Origin: a bacterium
GTDB taxonomy: Bacteria > Patescibacteriota > Minisyncoccia > Phycocordibacterales > UBA12088
Reading direction: 5' to 3'
Assembly (NCBI GenBank): GCA_003252295.1
Contig: QKEV01000017.1
Span: forward strand, 34,931 to 98,930
DNA length: 64,000 nucleotides
Positions within the stretch are counted from its first letter, which is position 1, and each line of letters opens with the position of its first letter. This document shows, one piece after another, positions 10,314 to 20,599 of this stretch. The notes below the pieces were generated by a model. It ran no database searches. It had not been told where the DNA came from and saw only the letters and a program-made list of their open reading frames with translations. Position numbers and translations under genes: made by a program.

Positions 10314-12074
10314 TTGTACATTGTGAAAACATCCAGCTCCCAACTCAAAAACTTTATTCTCGACTCAGGACTCGTCACCCGTGCTGTCTACACAAAGGCA
10401 GAGAAAACTGCTGATGAAAAAAAGACAACCCCTGAGGAAATACTCGTATCAGAGGGACACATTTCAGAAGATGATCTACGTCGTATGCAAGCATACGTTC
10501 TCGGTGTTCCTTTCATCAACCTTGCAAAGGAAAAGATCGACTACGACATTCTCTCAATGATACCTGAGCCAATTGCACGCACACACAATGTTGTCGCCTA
10601 CAAGAAGAATGATCGTGAGCTCGAAGTTGCCATGCTCGATGTAGAGGACTTGCGCTCCATCGAGTTTATTAAGAAGAAAGTTGGTCTTAAAATTCTTCCC
10701 CGCCTCACTGATGCAGAGAGTATCAAGCATGCACTCTTGCAATACCAAAAGACACTGAAAGACGAATTTGGTGATCTCATTAAACACGAGAGTGCAGCCA
10801 TAACTGCAATTGACGAGGAAGGTGGTGAAGGAGTGTCTGAATCTGACCTTAAAAAACTTGCTGAAGATGTCCCTGTGGTACGTGTAGTAAATGCTCTTCT
10901 CAAGCACGCTATCATACAAAATGCTTCAGACATACATATTGAACCAATGGAAAACGAAGTACTCGTTCGTTACCGCATAGATGGTATCTTGCACGATGCT
11001 ATGACACTTCCTAAGAATGCTGCTGCATCTATCACTGCCCGTATCAAAGTGCTCTCTAGTTTAAAACTTGATGAAAAACGACTTCCTCAGGATGGTCGAT
11101 TCAAAATGGCTGTAGATAACGAAAAGGTAGCATTTCGTGTTTCTCTCCTTCCTACCTACTATGGAGAAAAAACGGTGATGCGTCTTTTAAGAGAGAACGG
11201 TGGTAGCTTCACTCTTGAAAGTCTCGGTTTCCACGGAGAAGGTCTTGAACGGGTACATAAGGCCATGAAACAAACAACCGGTCTCATCTTGACCACAGGT
11301 CCTACTGGTTCGGGAAAAACCACTACCCTCTATACCGTTCTCGATATTCTCAATACACCAGATGTAAACATTTCAACAGTAGAGGACCCTATCGAGTACC
11401 AGATGGCGCGCATCAACCAAACACAAGTGCGACCAGAGATCGACTTCACCTTTGCACGTGGATTACGCGCACTTGTGCGACAAGACCCAGACATTATCAT
11501 GGTTGGTGAGATCCGAGACAATGAAACCGCCAGTCTTGCGGTCAATGCAGCACTCACTGGACACTTAGTGCTTTCTACACTGCATACCAACTCCTCTGCT
11601 GGTGCCGTACCTCGAATGATGGACATGGATGTTGAGCCGTTCCTCCTTTCAAGCACCATACGTGTTGTTATTGCGCAACGTCTCGTACGTAGACTTTTCA
11701 ACAAAGGTGAGCCCTACAAGCTACCAAAAGAAGAGATAGCTTCGCTTGGTGAGTTTATAAATTTCGATATGGTAATGAAAGCTCTCATTGAAGAAAATAT
11801 TGTAGAAAAAAGCACAAAACCAGAAGACCTTCTCTTTTATAAACCAGTCCCAAACGAAGAATCAGTTGATGGATACAAGGGTAGACTTGTAATAAATGAA
11901 GTGCTTACTGTTTCAAGCGCCATTAACGAGTTAGTCCTACGGCAAGCATCAACCGATGAAATTGAACAGCAAGCAAGGAACGAAGGAATGCTCACCATGG
12001 CAGAGGATGGACTGTTTAAAGCAGTTCAAGGAATAACAACCGTTGAAGAGGTACTTCGAGTAATCAGCGAATAA
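10314..12074 (+). CDS. pilB: Type IV pilus/T2SS assembly ATPase (PilB/GspE)
   Basis: ASDIHIEP, RLPQDGRF, Walker A GPTGSGKTT, VEDPIEY, RQDPDIIMVGEIRD, TGHLVLSTLHTN. Confidence 0.95.
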   Translation: MYIVKTSSSQLKNFILDSGLVTRAVYTKAEKTADEKKTTPEEILVSEGHISEDDLRRMQAYVLGVPFINLAKEKIDYDILSMIPEPIARTHNVVAYKKNDRELEVAMLDVEDLRSIEFIKKKVGLKILPRLTDAESIKHALLQYQKTLKDEFGDLIKHESAAITAIDEEGGEGVSESDLKKLAEDVPVVRVVNALLKHAIIQNASDIHIEPMENEVLVRYRIDGILHDAMTLPKNAAASITARIKVLSSLKLDEKRLPQDGRFKMAVDNEKVAFRVSLLPTYYGEKTVMRLLRENGGSFTLESLGFHGEGLERVHKAMKQTTGLILTTGPTGSGKTTTLYTVLDILNTPDVNISTVEDPIEYQMARINQTQVRPEIDFTFARGLRALVRQDPDIIMVGEIRDNETASLAVNAALTGHLVLSTLHTNSSAGAVPRMMDMDVEPFLLSSTIRVVIAQRLVRRLFNKGEPYKLPKEEIASLGEFINFDMVMKALIEENIVEKSTKPEDLLFYKPVPNEESVDGYKGRLVINEVLTVSSAINELVLRQASTDEIEQQARNEGMLTMAEDGLFKAVQGITTVEEVLRVISE

Positions 12075-12075
12075 C

Positions 12076-13293
12076 ATGCCCATCTTTACTTACAAAGCAA
12101 TTAAAGATGGAGAAAAGGAGTCCTATGAAGGAAAAGTAGAGGCAAAAGATCGTTTCGAGGTGTACTCCATAGTACGTAAGGATGGTGCACAAATCCTTAC
12201 GGTAAAAGAAACAACAACGAGTGCTCAGTACACTGAGAAACTTACCCAGTTCTTAAGTCGCGTTAAACAGAATGAGAAGATTGTCTTTATGCGTAATCTT
12301 GGTGCAATGATCCGTGCTGGACTCACCCTCTCAAGAGCACTTTCAGTCATGGAACGTCAGACAAAAAACCCTAAATTTAAAGGTGTACTCGGTGACATAC
12401 AGAAAGATATACAACAGGGTGGTGACCTCAACTCATCCATGAAAAAACATGATGATGTCTTTACTCCACTCATGGTTGCCATGGTTAAAGCAGGTGAAGA
12501 GTCGGGTAGCTTGGCAGAATCCTGCACTATTATTGCCAGTCAGGAAGAACGTTCATACGAACTTAAGAAGAAGATTCGTGGAGCAATGATCTACCCTGGA
12601 GTTATTGTCACCGTCTTACTTGGAATAGGTACCATGATGATGATGTTTATTGTACCGACACTTTCAGCAACATTTGAAACACTAGGTTCAGAGCTCCCAA
12701 TGTCGACACAGATCATCATTAAACTCAGTGACTTTCTTGTTGACTACACCCTACAAACCTTTGGTGCTTTCGTACTTGCCATTGTTCTCTTTATCGCCTT
12801 TCTGAAGACCAAAAACGGCAGCAGGCTTTTTGAAAGTTTTGTTCTTTACATACCTGTTATTGGCACCCTTGTAAAAGAAACTAACAGTGCAAGAACTGGA
12901 CGCACACTTGCCTCCCTCCTCTCAAGTGGTGTTCACGTTCTCCACTCACTTGAGATCACTGAAGAGGTTATACAGAACTCACACTACAAAGAAATTATTG
13001 CGAAGGCTCGAGTACAGGTGCAGGGAGGGTCACCTATTGCTGAAGTATTCGAAAAAGAAGAAAGACTGTACCCACCACTTGTTGGGGAACTTATTGCTGT
13101 TGGAGAAGAAACAGGTAACCTGCCTGACATGCTTCAGGAAGTTGCAAAATTCTATGAAAATGAAGTTGATCAAAAAACAAAAAACATGTCAACTATTATT
13201 GAACCAATGCTCATGCTTGTTGTTGGTTCAGCTGTTGGGTACTTTGCTCTTGCTATGATCAGTCCAATGTACTCTATGGTTGAAAACTTCTAA
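12076..13293 (+). CDS. pilC: Type IV pilus platform protein (PilC/GspF)
   Basis: Two T2SSF repeats (AGEESGSL, VGEETGNL), AMIYP, IIEPML. Confidence 0.95.
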   Translation: MPIFTYKAIKDGEKESYEGKVEAKDRFEVYSIVRKDGAQILTVKETTTSAQYTEKLTQFLSRVKQNEKIVFMRNLGAMIRAGLTLSRALSVMERQTKNPKFKGVLGDIQKDIQQGGDLNSSMKKHDDVFTPLMVAMVKAGEESGSLAESCTIIASQEERSYELKKKIRGAMIYPGVIVTVLLGIGTMMMMFIVPTLSATFETLGSELPMSTQIIIKLSDFLVDYTLQTFGAFVLAIVLFIAFLKTKNGSRLFESFVLYIPVIGTLVKETNSARTGRTLASLLSSGVHVLHSLEITEEVIQNSHYKEIIAKARVQVQGGSPIAEVFEKEERLYPPLVGELIAVGEETGNLPDMLQEVAKFYENEVDQKTKNMSTIIEPMLMLVVGSAVGYFALAMISPMYSMVENF

Positions 13294-13294
13294 C

Positions 13295-13768
13295 ATGTAT
13301 TTTCCTGCTTCAATTCCAAAAGGTTTTACACTCCTTGAAACAATGATGGTGATCAGTCTGACACTCATCTTAGCAACGATCTCAATTGTGGCACTTGGGG
13401 ATTTTGGAAACCGTTCTGGACAACATGAAGCTGCTCAAATTATTCTCGGTGTACTTGAGGATGCACACGCACGCACGCTTGCTTCTCAAAACGATACGTT
13501 CTACGGAGTGCATTTTGATACAACACAGGTGGTACTGTTTACAGGTGGGACCTACACAGCAGGTGAGAGTACAAATGAGACCTACACCCTTCCCTCAAAA
13601 ACATCCATAACAACTATTGGACTTGGTGGATCCTCAGAAGTACTCTTTGCACGTTTAAGCGGAGAGGCAACACCTTCTGGCACCATTACCGTTGCACTCA
13701 CCGAAACCCCCACACAGAGCAAAATGATCACAATATACCAAAGCGGTTTAACTGAAGTAACGAATTAA
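13295..13768 (+). CDS. Type IV minor pilin (FimT/GspH-like)
   Basis: Class III signal KG|FTLLETMMVI. Confidence 0.85.
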   Translation: MYFPASIPKGFTLLETMMVISLTLILATISIVALGDFGNRSGQHEAAQIILGVLEDAHARTLASQNDTFYGVHFDTTQVVLFTGGTYTAGESTNETYTLPSKTSITTIGLGGSSEVLFARLSGEATPSGTITVALTETPTQSKMITIYQSGLTEVTN

Positions 13769-13769
13769 C

Positions 13770-14255
13770 ATGCAGTGTAAGAGAGAACAAGGAATAGGAA
13801 TTGCAGAAGCTATTATTGTTATCTCAATAATAAGTGTTTCCTTTACCTCACTGTTAGGAGCAGCAGTCTTCTTTTTTAAAAATGGACTTGAGGCATCTGA
13901 TCAAGTCCAAGCTATTTTTCTTCTCGATGAAAGTGTGGAAGCAGTGCGGTTTATGCGTGATGAGAGTTTCCTCTTAAACATCACACCTCTTGTGGGAACT
14001 GGACCTCAATACCTCGATATGGATGCTTCGGGATGGAGTGCCACAAGTACAAACATACTCATTGATAACATCTACACAAGAACCGTAGAGCTTACCGAGG
14101 TGTACAGGAGAAACAGTGATGATGTTATTGTCCCAAGTACTTCTGCAGACCTCAAGACACTTGATCCAGGTACTGTTGAAGTCACTACTACAGTAAACTG
14201 GGGTTCGAACACACTCACGGCATCAACATACGTAACAGACCTGTATGAAAACTAG
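13770..14255 (+). CDS. Type IV minor pilin (PilV-like)
   Basis: QG|IGIAEAIIVI prepilin motif with E5; operon context. Confidence 0.75.
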   Translation: MQCKREQGIGIAEAIIVISIISVSFTSLLGAAVFFFKNGLEASDQVQAIFLLDESVEAVRFMRDESFLLNITPLVGTGPQYLDMDASGWSATSTNILIDNIYTRTVELTEVYRRNSDDVIVPSTSADLKTLDPGTVEVTTTVNWGSNTLTASTYVTDLYEN

Positions 14256-14751
14256 TACATCACAAAAAGGATTTTCCCTTGTCGAAATGATGGTATACAT
14301 AGCGATCCTTTCGATTGTCTTTAGTGCACTGGTAACCTCAGCAAACTCAATGGTAAAAACTTTTGGAAAACTGAAAGCATCCGAGGAAGTGGCTCATACA
14401 GGAACCGTTGTACTTGAACGTCTCACAAGAGAACTACGACGAGCGAGCAGTGTGGATTACTTTACAAGTAGCCTTTCTACCGACCCAGGAATACTCACAC
14501 TCAACACACGTGACTGGTCAGGCAACAGTACCACTGCAACCATCACGCTCTCTGGAGGAAGGATTATGTTTACCGAAGGAGGAACCAGTTCACCACTCTC
14601 AGCTTCCGGTGTTACCGTAACAAACCTTATGTTTACCCATCTTAGTAACACAAACACTGAAGGAGTGCTTATTGAATTTACTGCAAAAAAGACTGGTGGT
14701 AACGCCACCATCACTAAAGAATTTAGAACTTTTACTGTACTTGATGGATAG
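14245..14751 (+). CDS. Type IV minor pilin (PilW/GspJ-like)
   Basis: KG|FSLVEMMVYI, LERLTRELRRA. Confidence 0.85.
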   Translation: MKTSTSQKGFSLVEMMVYIAILSIVFSALVTSANSMVKTFGKLKASEEVAHTGTVVLERLTRELRRASSVDYFTSSLSTDPGILTLNTRDWSGNSTTATITLSGGRIMFTEGGTSSPLSASGVTVTNLMFTHLSNTNTEGVLIEFTAKKTGGNATITKEFRTFTVLDG

Positions 14752-14752
14752 T

Positions 14753-16063
14753 ATGAAGAGCATATATAAACAAAAAAAGACAAATGAAGATGGACAGGTA
14801 ATGATGATCGTTATGATTCTTGTTCTGTCCGGATGCCTTGTTATGGCAGGCGGGCTTCTTGCGCTCGTACGAGGACAGGTACGTGTGGTAACAGAACTTT
14901 CTCTCTCAAAAACATCATACATTTTAGCCGAAGGAGCACTCGAAGAGGTTGTGTATCGTCACATGAACAACATGTCTGTTGCAAACACTGAGACGCTCAC
15001 AAAAAATGGTATCGATGTAGAAACTACTTCTACCAACGTTTCAGATGATATCGAAGTACTTGCTGTAGGGGATGACCATGGTCGTATACGAAAGGTCGAA
15101 GCATTGCTTATTGAAGGAGATGGAAAATCTTTTAGTTTTGGTGTACAGACTGACAACGGCGGTATGCTGCTTGAAAACAACTCTTCAATCAATGGAAACA
15201 TATATTCAAATGGACCCATTATTGGAAGCAACCTGAATGATATAAACGGTGCAGCAATATCTGCTGGACCATCTGGATACATTAGCGAGATACACGCTAC
15301 TGACAGCATGTATGCAAACAGTATCGAAGACTCATATGTTGAAGGAGATGCATACTACACCACTATAGATGCGGCAACAGTAGTTACTGGTACTAAGTAC
15401 CCTGGTTTTCCAGACCTTGCAACCACGACACTTCCCATAACTGACAACCTTCTTGATGACTGGGAAGCATACGCCGCATCATCTTCTGTTATGTCCGCAG
15501 AATGTGCTGCTGCAGGGGGACACCTTATCTACACAACCGATGTTACCCTTGGTCCTGCAAAGATTCCTTGCGACGTATCCTTCGACCTATCACCTAAAGT
15601 TACTGTTTCCGGCGTACTTTGGATCGAGGGAGACCTCGACTTCAGTCAAGGACCAGAATTTTATGTTGATCCAGCCATTGGAAACAAGAGTATCCCGATC
15701 ATTGTTGATGATCCTAGTGACAGAACCAATTCTGGCACCATCCTCATGCAAAACTCTGGAGACTGGATAGGAAACGGTAACCGTTCCTACCTTCTCCTTG
15801 TAAGCAGGAATGAAGATGCAGAACTTGGCGGTTCAAATGCTGCTATTGAAATAGAGCAAAGTAACGGTGGTGCACTGCTTGTATATGCTGGGCACGGAGA
15901 AATTCTCCTTGAAAATAACACTGATCTCACCGAAATCACTGCTTTCCGCGTTCATCTACGCAACAACACGGAAGTCAACTACGACACAGGATTGGCAAGT
16001 GCAATATTTTACATAGGTCCAGGTGGTGGCTACACCATAGATACATGGGAAGAAGTTGAATAG
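14753..16063 (+). CDS. PilX-like minor pilin with large beta-rich C-terminal domain
   Basis: DG|QVMMIVMILV (no E5, typical of PilX/GspK), SYILAEGALE, C-terminal IDTWEEVE; start moved to ATG 14753. Confidence 0.8.
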   Translation: MKSIYKQKKTNEDGQVMMIVMILVLSGCLVMAGGLLALVRGQVRVVTELSLSKTSYILAEGALEEVVYRHMNNMSVANTETLTKNGIDVETTSTNVSDDIEVLAVGDDHGRIRKVEALLIEGDGKSFSFGVQTDNGGMLLENNSSINGNIYSNGPIIGSNLNDINGAAISAGPSGYISEIHATDSMYANSIEDSYVEGDAYYTTIDAATVVTGTKYPGFPDLATTTLPITDNLLDDWEAYAASSSVMSAECAAAGGHLIYTTDVTLGPAKIPCDVSFDLSPKVTVSGVLWIEGDLDFSQGPEFYVDPAIGNKSIPIIVDDPSDRTNSGTILMQNSGDWIGNGNRSYLLLVSRNEDAELGGSNAAIEIEQSNGGALLVYAGHGEILLENNTDLTEITAFRVHLRNNTEVNYDTGLASAIFYIGPGGGYTIDTWEEVE

Positions 16064-16073
16064 CCTCTTTTTT

Positions 16074-16610
16074 TTACTTCTCTTCTTTTGTTTGCAGTAC
16101 ATCTAAAAGATGTTCCTTCACCATATCTGGAAATGGAACCTGCTTCATAATAAAGTCATTTGAAATACTAGCAGTTTGGATACGAACATCACCAAAATGT
16201 AACCACGTAGGAATAACTCCTGAAATGGTACAGGTGATGTCTTGAATTTTTTCAAGAGGAAAACTAGACACCTCTCTTGTGAAAAAACCTTTCTGCTCTA
16301 TATCAATAACACGTTCTGAGGTAATGACCCACGCATCCAACCAATGGTCGCTCCAAACTGCAAAAAAATACATCCATAGCAGTAGACCAATGAAACCAAG
16401 TGCAAAAAAACCAACAGGAAGAAGTACCCGCAACACCTCACTTGTATCACCGTTTGCCACCAAACTCACATCAGCAACAACAAGCACAACCGTTGCAATA
16501 AGAAAAATAAAAATATTAAGAGCACCCACAGCCGCAAGCGAGAACCAATGCCGACGCACAATGGTAATTATCTCCTCTCCGTCCCTAAGTGATACTGCCT
16601 CTGAGATCAT
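16074..16610 (-). CDS. Membrane protein with bacterial PH domain (bPH_2)
   Basis: Two TMs, then WVITSERVIDIEQKGFF...LEKIQD...FGDVRIQTAS. Confidence 0.85.
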   Translation of the reverse strand: MISEAVSLRDGEEIITIVRRHWFSLAAVGALNIFIFLIATVVLVVADVSLVANGDTSEVLRVLLPVGFFALGFIGLLLWMYFFAVWSDHWLDAWVITSERVIDIEQKGFFTREVSSFPLEKIQDITCTISGVIPTWLHFGDVRIQTASISNDFIMKQVPFPDMVKEHLLDVLQTKEEK

Positions 16611-16846
16611 ATAAATGAATATGCAAACGCTGAAAACGCCATTATTGCAATAAATAACATACTTACACCAAGGTAGAGCAATAGGTTACTCACTGTTGTA
16701 AACTTTCCCGTTGAGTACACTCTCCAGTGCCAAATGAGTATCGCACTGTATACGCTAAAAATTATGAGCGTAACACCAAACACTCCCCACATAACGTACC
16801 CAATTGGTATTGTGTGTAGTATTTCCATGAGCGGCACCTCTTGCAT
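16607..16846 (-). CDS. Small two-TM hypothetical protein
   Basis: Hydrophobic 79 aa with LIWHW motif; 4-nt overlap with next gene. Confidence 0.65.
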   Translation of the reverse strand: MQEVPLMEILHTIPIGYVMWGVFGVTLIIFSVYSAILIWHWRVYSTGKFTTVSNLLLYLGVSMLFIAIMAFSAFAYSFI

Positions 16847-16917
16847 GTAGTTAGTATACCGTAAACATACCCACCAAACACAGTGTGGTCACATGCAGTG
16901 AATGCTATAGTACAAGT

Positions 16918-17784
16918 ATGAATGAGCAAGATATTAAAGCAAAAGCATCTACTTTTGTGCGATTTATTATTTTAATCATTGTGGGAGCAAACCTGCTTCC
17001 CCTACTCTTTACTAGTAAAATCGATATTATGTACTTTCTACCATTATTTATAGCTATCGTACTTTTGGGACTTGCAATACTACTCATCCGCCAGGTTGAC
17101 CAGTATGAACGTGGTGTCATGCTCACCATGGGACGTTACACCGGCACCGTAGAACCGGGTTGGCGGATTGTGATACCCATCTTCCAACGACTCATGAAGG
17201 TAGACATGCGTGTTGCAGTAATTGACGTACCTGATCAAGATGCCATCACCAGAGACAACATCTCAGTCAATGTAAATGCAGTTGTCTACTACAAGGTGAA
17301 AGATGCTCGAGCAGCGATCATTGAGATAGAAAATTTTCAGTATGCCATAAGCCAGCTTGCACAAACTACCATGCGCGACATTGTTGGAGAAATGGAACTT
17401 GATGAACTGCTTGCAAATCGTGATGCTGTATCAAGAAAAATCAAGGAATTGGTTGATGTTGCATCGGACCCATGGGGTATAGCTGTCACCGCTGTTGAGT
17501 TGAAACATGTTGAACTTCCACAAGATCTCAAACGTACCATAGGAAAACAAGCCGAAGCTGAACGTGAACGACGTGCAGTTATTATTAAAGCAGAAGGTGA
17601 GGTTGCGGCAGCGCAAAACATGGCTAAGGCAGCACAACTTCTTGGTGAACAAACTGGAGCACTACATCTTCGAACCTTGCAGAGTTTAAACGATCTTTCA
17701 AGTGATCAATCAAATACCGTAGTCTTTGCTGTTCCACTTGAGGTACTTCGAGCATTTGAAAAAATTGGAGACAAAAATGCCTAG
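16918..17784 (+). CDS. SPFH/slipin (stomatin-like) protein
   Basis: QYERGV, QDAITRDNISVNVNAVVYY, AQTTMRD, KQAEAERERRA. Confidence 0.93.
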   Translation: MNEQDIKAKASTFVRFIILIIVGANLLPLLFTSKIDIMYFLPLFIAIVLLGLAILLIRQVDQYERGVMLTMGRYTGTVEPGWRIVIPIFQRLMKVDMRVAVIDVPDQDAITRDNISVNVNAVVYYKVKDARAAIIEIENFQYAISQLAQTTMRDIVGEMELDELLANRDAVSRKIKELVDVASDPWGIAVTAVELKHVELPQDLKRTIGKQAEAERERRAVIIKAEGEVAAAQNMAKAAQLLGEQTGALHLRTLQSLNDLSSDQSNTVVFAVPLEVLRAFEKIGDKNA

Positions 17785-17834
17785 GTGTTAGGGAATGGGT
17801 GTTGGGTATTAGGGAATAGGTCTCTTGGTCATAA

Positions 17835-18719
17835 TCACTGCACTGAGACCATCCCTCCATCACTCACAAAAACAATATCTCCATGGGTACACGTATCAAG
17901 TACGGTAACATCAAGCATATGCAAGTTATTGATGACATCAGTATGAGGATGACCATACGAGTTGTCACACCCTGCCGACACCACAGCATACTCAGGTGAC
18001 ACATACCCTAAAAATGGTAACGCTGATGAGGTATTCGAACCATGATGCCCGAGCTTCAGTACCGTACTCTTCAGCGCATCACCATAAAGGTCAATAAGGT
18101 GTGTTTCTATACTAGTCGGTGCATCTCCTGTAAAGAGAAAGGATGTAGCTCCATATGTTAGCCGTAACACTACCGATCCAGTATTTGCTTCTACCTTTCT
18201 AACATCTCTATCTGGGAACAACACATCGAGTTGTACTCCATCATCGAGGAGAAGTGTGTATGGTTCTGTAATAATCTCACTACGAGCACCTTCATCTGCC
18301 ACAGCTGCGATAAGTGCCATATTGTCAGCACCATCATCCTCTATACCCGAACTGAGAAACAACGGCACTTCGTATCGAGCAAACACATAAGGGAGTCCAC
18401 CTATATGATCTAAATCAGGATGCGTTGCCACAACCATATCTATGGTTTTATCAAAAAAGGAAAGTTCGCGACCAAGGCCTTGCAGCACAATCCTACCTTT
18501 CCCTCCATCAACGAGCACTTGAATACCACTCGGTGTCTCGATGAGTGCAGCATCACCCTGCCCAACATCAAAAAAGATCACACGGAGTGTTCCTCTCTGG
18601 ATACCAGCATCATCAAACCCCCACACCACTGTACCTAAAAGAGCAAAGAGCAGTACAAAAGACCAAACACTCAATGCTTGTACTTTCTGCTTTACCTCTC
18701 TTGTTTTAGCTACATGCAT
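17835..18719 (-). CDS. ComEC-associated metallo-beta-lactamase-fold hydrolase
   Basis: DVGQGDA, THPDLDHIGGL, TGDA, KLGHHGS, NSYGHP. Confidence 0.92.
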   Translation of the reverse strand: MHVAKTREVKQKVQALSVWSFVLLFALLGTVVWGFDDAGIQRGTLRVIFFDVGQGDAALIETPSGIQVLVDGGKGRIVLQGLGRELSFFDKTIDMVVATHPDLDHIGGLPYVFARYEVPLFLSSGIEDDGADNMALIAAVADEGARSEIITEPYTLLLDDGVQLDVLFPDRDVRKVEANTGSVVLRLTYGATSFLFTGDAPTSIETHLIDLYGDALKSTVLKLGHHGSNTSSALPFLGYVSPEYAVVSAGCDNSYGHPHTDVINNLHMLDVTVLDTCTHGDIVFVSDGGMVSVQ

Positions 18720-19836
18720 GAACAACCCGACTCCTACTTCGTTTATCAAATACCGTAGGTATCACCTTGCTCTGTGTTGGTTTTACTACCGCATCAGCAA
18801 GTGCTCTCGCAATTCGAATCTTGAGAGTATTGTCTACATGTTTCAAGTTATGCTCCATGACACCACGCAAGAGAGAGGGTAGTACCACATCCTCATGTAT
18901 GCAGTTCTGCTCGCCAATTTCACCTTGCATAACCACACTTGCTCCAACTGTCTCTAACTGCTCGATTGAAACATCTTTAGGTAAACAACCAGTGATACAT
19001 ACCACCGGTTGTTGTGCCATCATTCGAACATACTCTTCGTACGGTATGTATGAAGAAACAGTACTCACCAGTACATCAGCACCAACAACAGCTTCAAGTA
19101 CTCCTCCTGTTCTCCTTTCTCTATTTGTTCGTTCAGCAAGAAATGCTTTTTCCGGGGTCATGTCACTCCTCAATGGACTCAGTATCCCATCTCTATCAAC
19201 CAAAACTATATCTCCAACACCATGATGAAGCAGCAACTGTGCTATTCCGATACCCTCTATACCCATACCTAAAACAGCAAAACGAGAGGTGTGCATACTC
19301 TTTTTATTTACCAGGTGAGCATTGATGAGTGCAGCAAGAATAGTAATGGTCTCGGCATCCTTCTCACTATGTAGTACAGGAACCGGTGCTTCTATTTTGT
19401 AGAGTTGTTCCACAGCAGATGTTCTTGCCATCTCTGTTCCATACAACAACACTGCACCAAATGAATGTGAAAGCATTTCTATCTGTGACACAAAGTCATA
19501 CTCTTCCATGTACGGTAAAACTATCGGTACTGCATCAACACCACCGAACTCACTCAGCGCTGCCGCCTTCCCCTCCAGGAGAGGCAGTACCGCTTTGTGT
19601 CCAAGCTTACCAAAACCCTTTACATTTGAACCATCTGAAACAACAGCAACTGTTCTATTTATTTTTGTGTACCGAGAAAGCAGTAAGGGATTTTCACGTA
19701 TTGCTCGAGCTGCATACGTAGCACCTCTATTTGATACAATGTTGTATGTCTCCTTGGTAAATGAACTCCCTTTTCCACTCCCTTTTTGCTCTTTCCATTT
19801 CCTGAGTTGCGATAAAATTTCATCAATTTCTGACAT
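18706..19836 (-). CDS. Malic enzyme homolog with degenerate active site
   Basis: VAVVSDGS...LPLLEGKA...FGGVDAVPI and overall malic enzyme architecture; metal-binding motifs lost. Confidence 0.8.
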   Translation of the reverse strand: MSEIDEILSQLRKWKEQKGSGKGSSFTKETYNIVSNRGATYAARAIRENPLLLSRYTKINRTVAVVSDGSNVKGFGKLGHKAVLPLLEGKAAALSEFGGVDAVPIVLPYMEEYDFVSQIEMLSHSFGAVLLYGTEMARTSAVEQLYKIEAPVPVLHSEKDAETITILAALINAHLVNKKSMHTSRFAVLGMGIEGIGIAQLLLHHGVGDIVLVDRDGILSPLRSDMTPEKAFLAERTNRERRTGGVLEAVVGADVLVSTVSSYIPYEEYVRMMAQQPVVCITGCLPKDVSIEQLETVGASVVMQGEIGEQNCIHEDVVLPSLLRGVMEHNLKHVDNTLKIRIARALADAVVKPTQSKVIPTVFDKRSRSRVVHACS

Positions 19837-19983
19837 GGTACCTACAAAAACTAGAAGTGCTTATCAATTTCTCCATAGGACGATACTACCATACTAGAGG
19901 TATTCGAAACCAATCATCTTTTATGTGCTACAGTATAGGGACTCATGGCAGTTGCCATGACTTAACCTCACTAAATCTACACT

Positions 19984-20577
19984 ATGACCTACACACCACA
20001 TGACTTTAAACTTCCCACAGTAGAAGGTATTTCAAAAGAAACCTTTGACCTCCACCTTGGTCTCTACAAGGGATATGTTACACACACCAACCTACTCATG
20101 GAGCAACTCAATACACTGGCCAAATCAGGAGATGAGTTCGCCTACACGATCGCAGAACTAAGGAGGCGACTTGGTTTCGAATGGAACGGCATGCGACTTC
20201 ATGAACTCTATTTTGGTGCACTCGAAGGAAAATCAACAACACTTACCGGAGAGTCAAAATTCTACAAAGCAATTGCAAAACAGTATGGTAGTTTCTCAAA
20301 GTGGCTGGAAATTTTTACCAAGTTTAGTGCACGTGGTCCTGGTTGGGCACTCTTGAACTACGACACGGAAGCAGACCACTTCTACCACACATGGGTCGCA
20401 GACCATGAGATAGGACACCTTGCTACACTACCAACCATTATTGCCATCGATCATTGGGAGCATGCATACCTTCTTGACTATGCACCTGGTGAAAAGGGCA
20501 AGTACGTTGAAGCGTACCTTACAGCACTCAACTGGGAAACCATAGATACACGTTTTGAAGCAGCAATGAAGAAATAG
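19984..20577 (+). CDS. Fe/Mn superoxide dismutase family protein
   Basis: LHLGLYKGYV, NGMRLHELYF, DHWEHAYLLDY. Confidence 0.93.
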   Translation: MTYTPHDFKLPTVEGISKETFDLHLGLYKGYVTHTNLLMEQLNTLAKSGDEFAYTIAELRRRLGFEWNGMRLHELYFGALEGKSTTLTGESKFYKAIAKQYGSFSKWLEIFTKFSARGPGWALLNYDTEADHFYHTWVADHEIGHLATLPTIIAIDHWEHAYLLDYAPGEKGKYVEAYLTALNWETIDTRFEAAMKK

Positions 20578-20599
20578 AAATGTCACTCCACCCAACCTA

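Noticed and set aside
17781-17820. Degenerate heptamer run TAGGTGT/TAGGGAA/TGGGTGT (similar at 60213-60240)
   Set aside because: Short low-complexity intergenic filler with no supportable function
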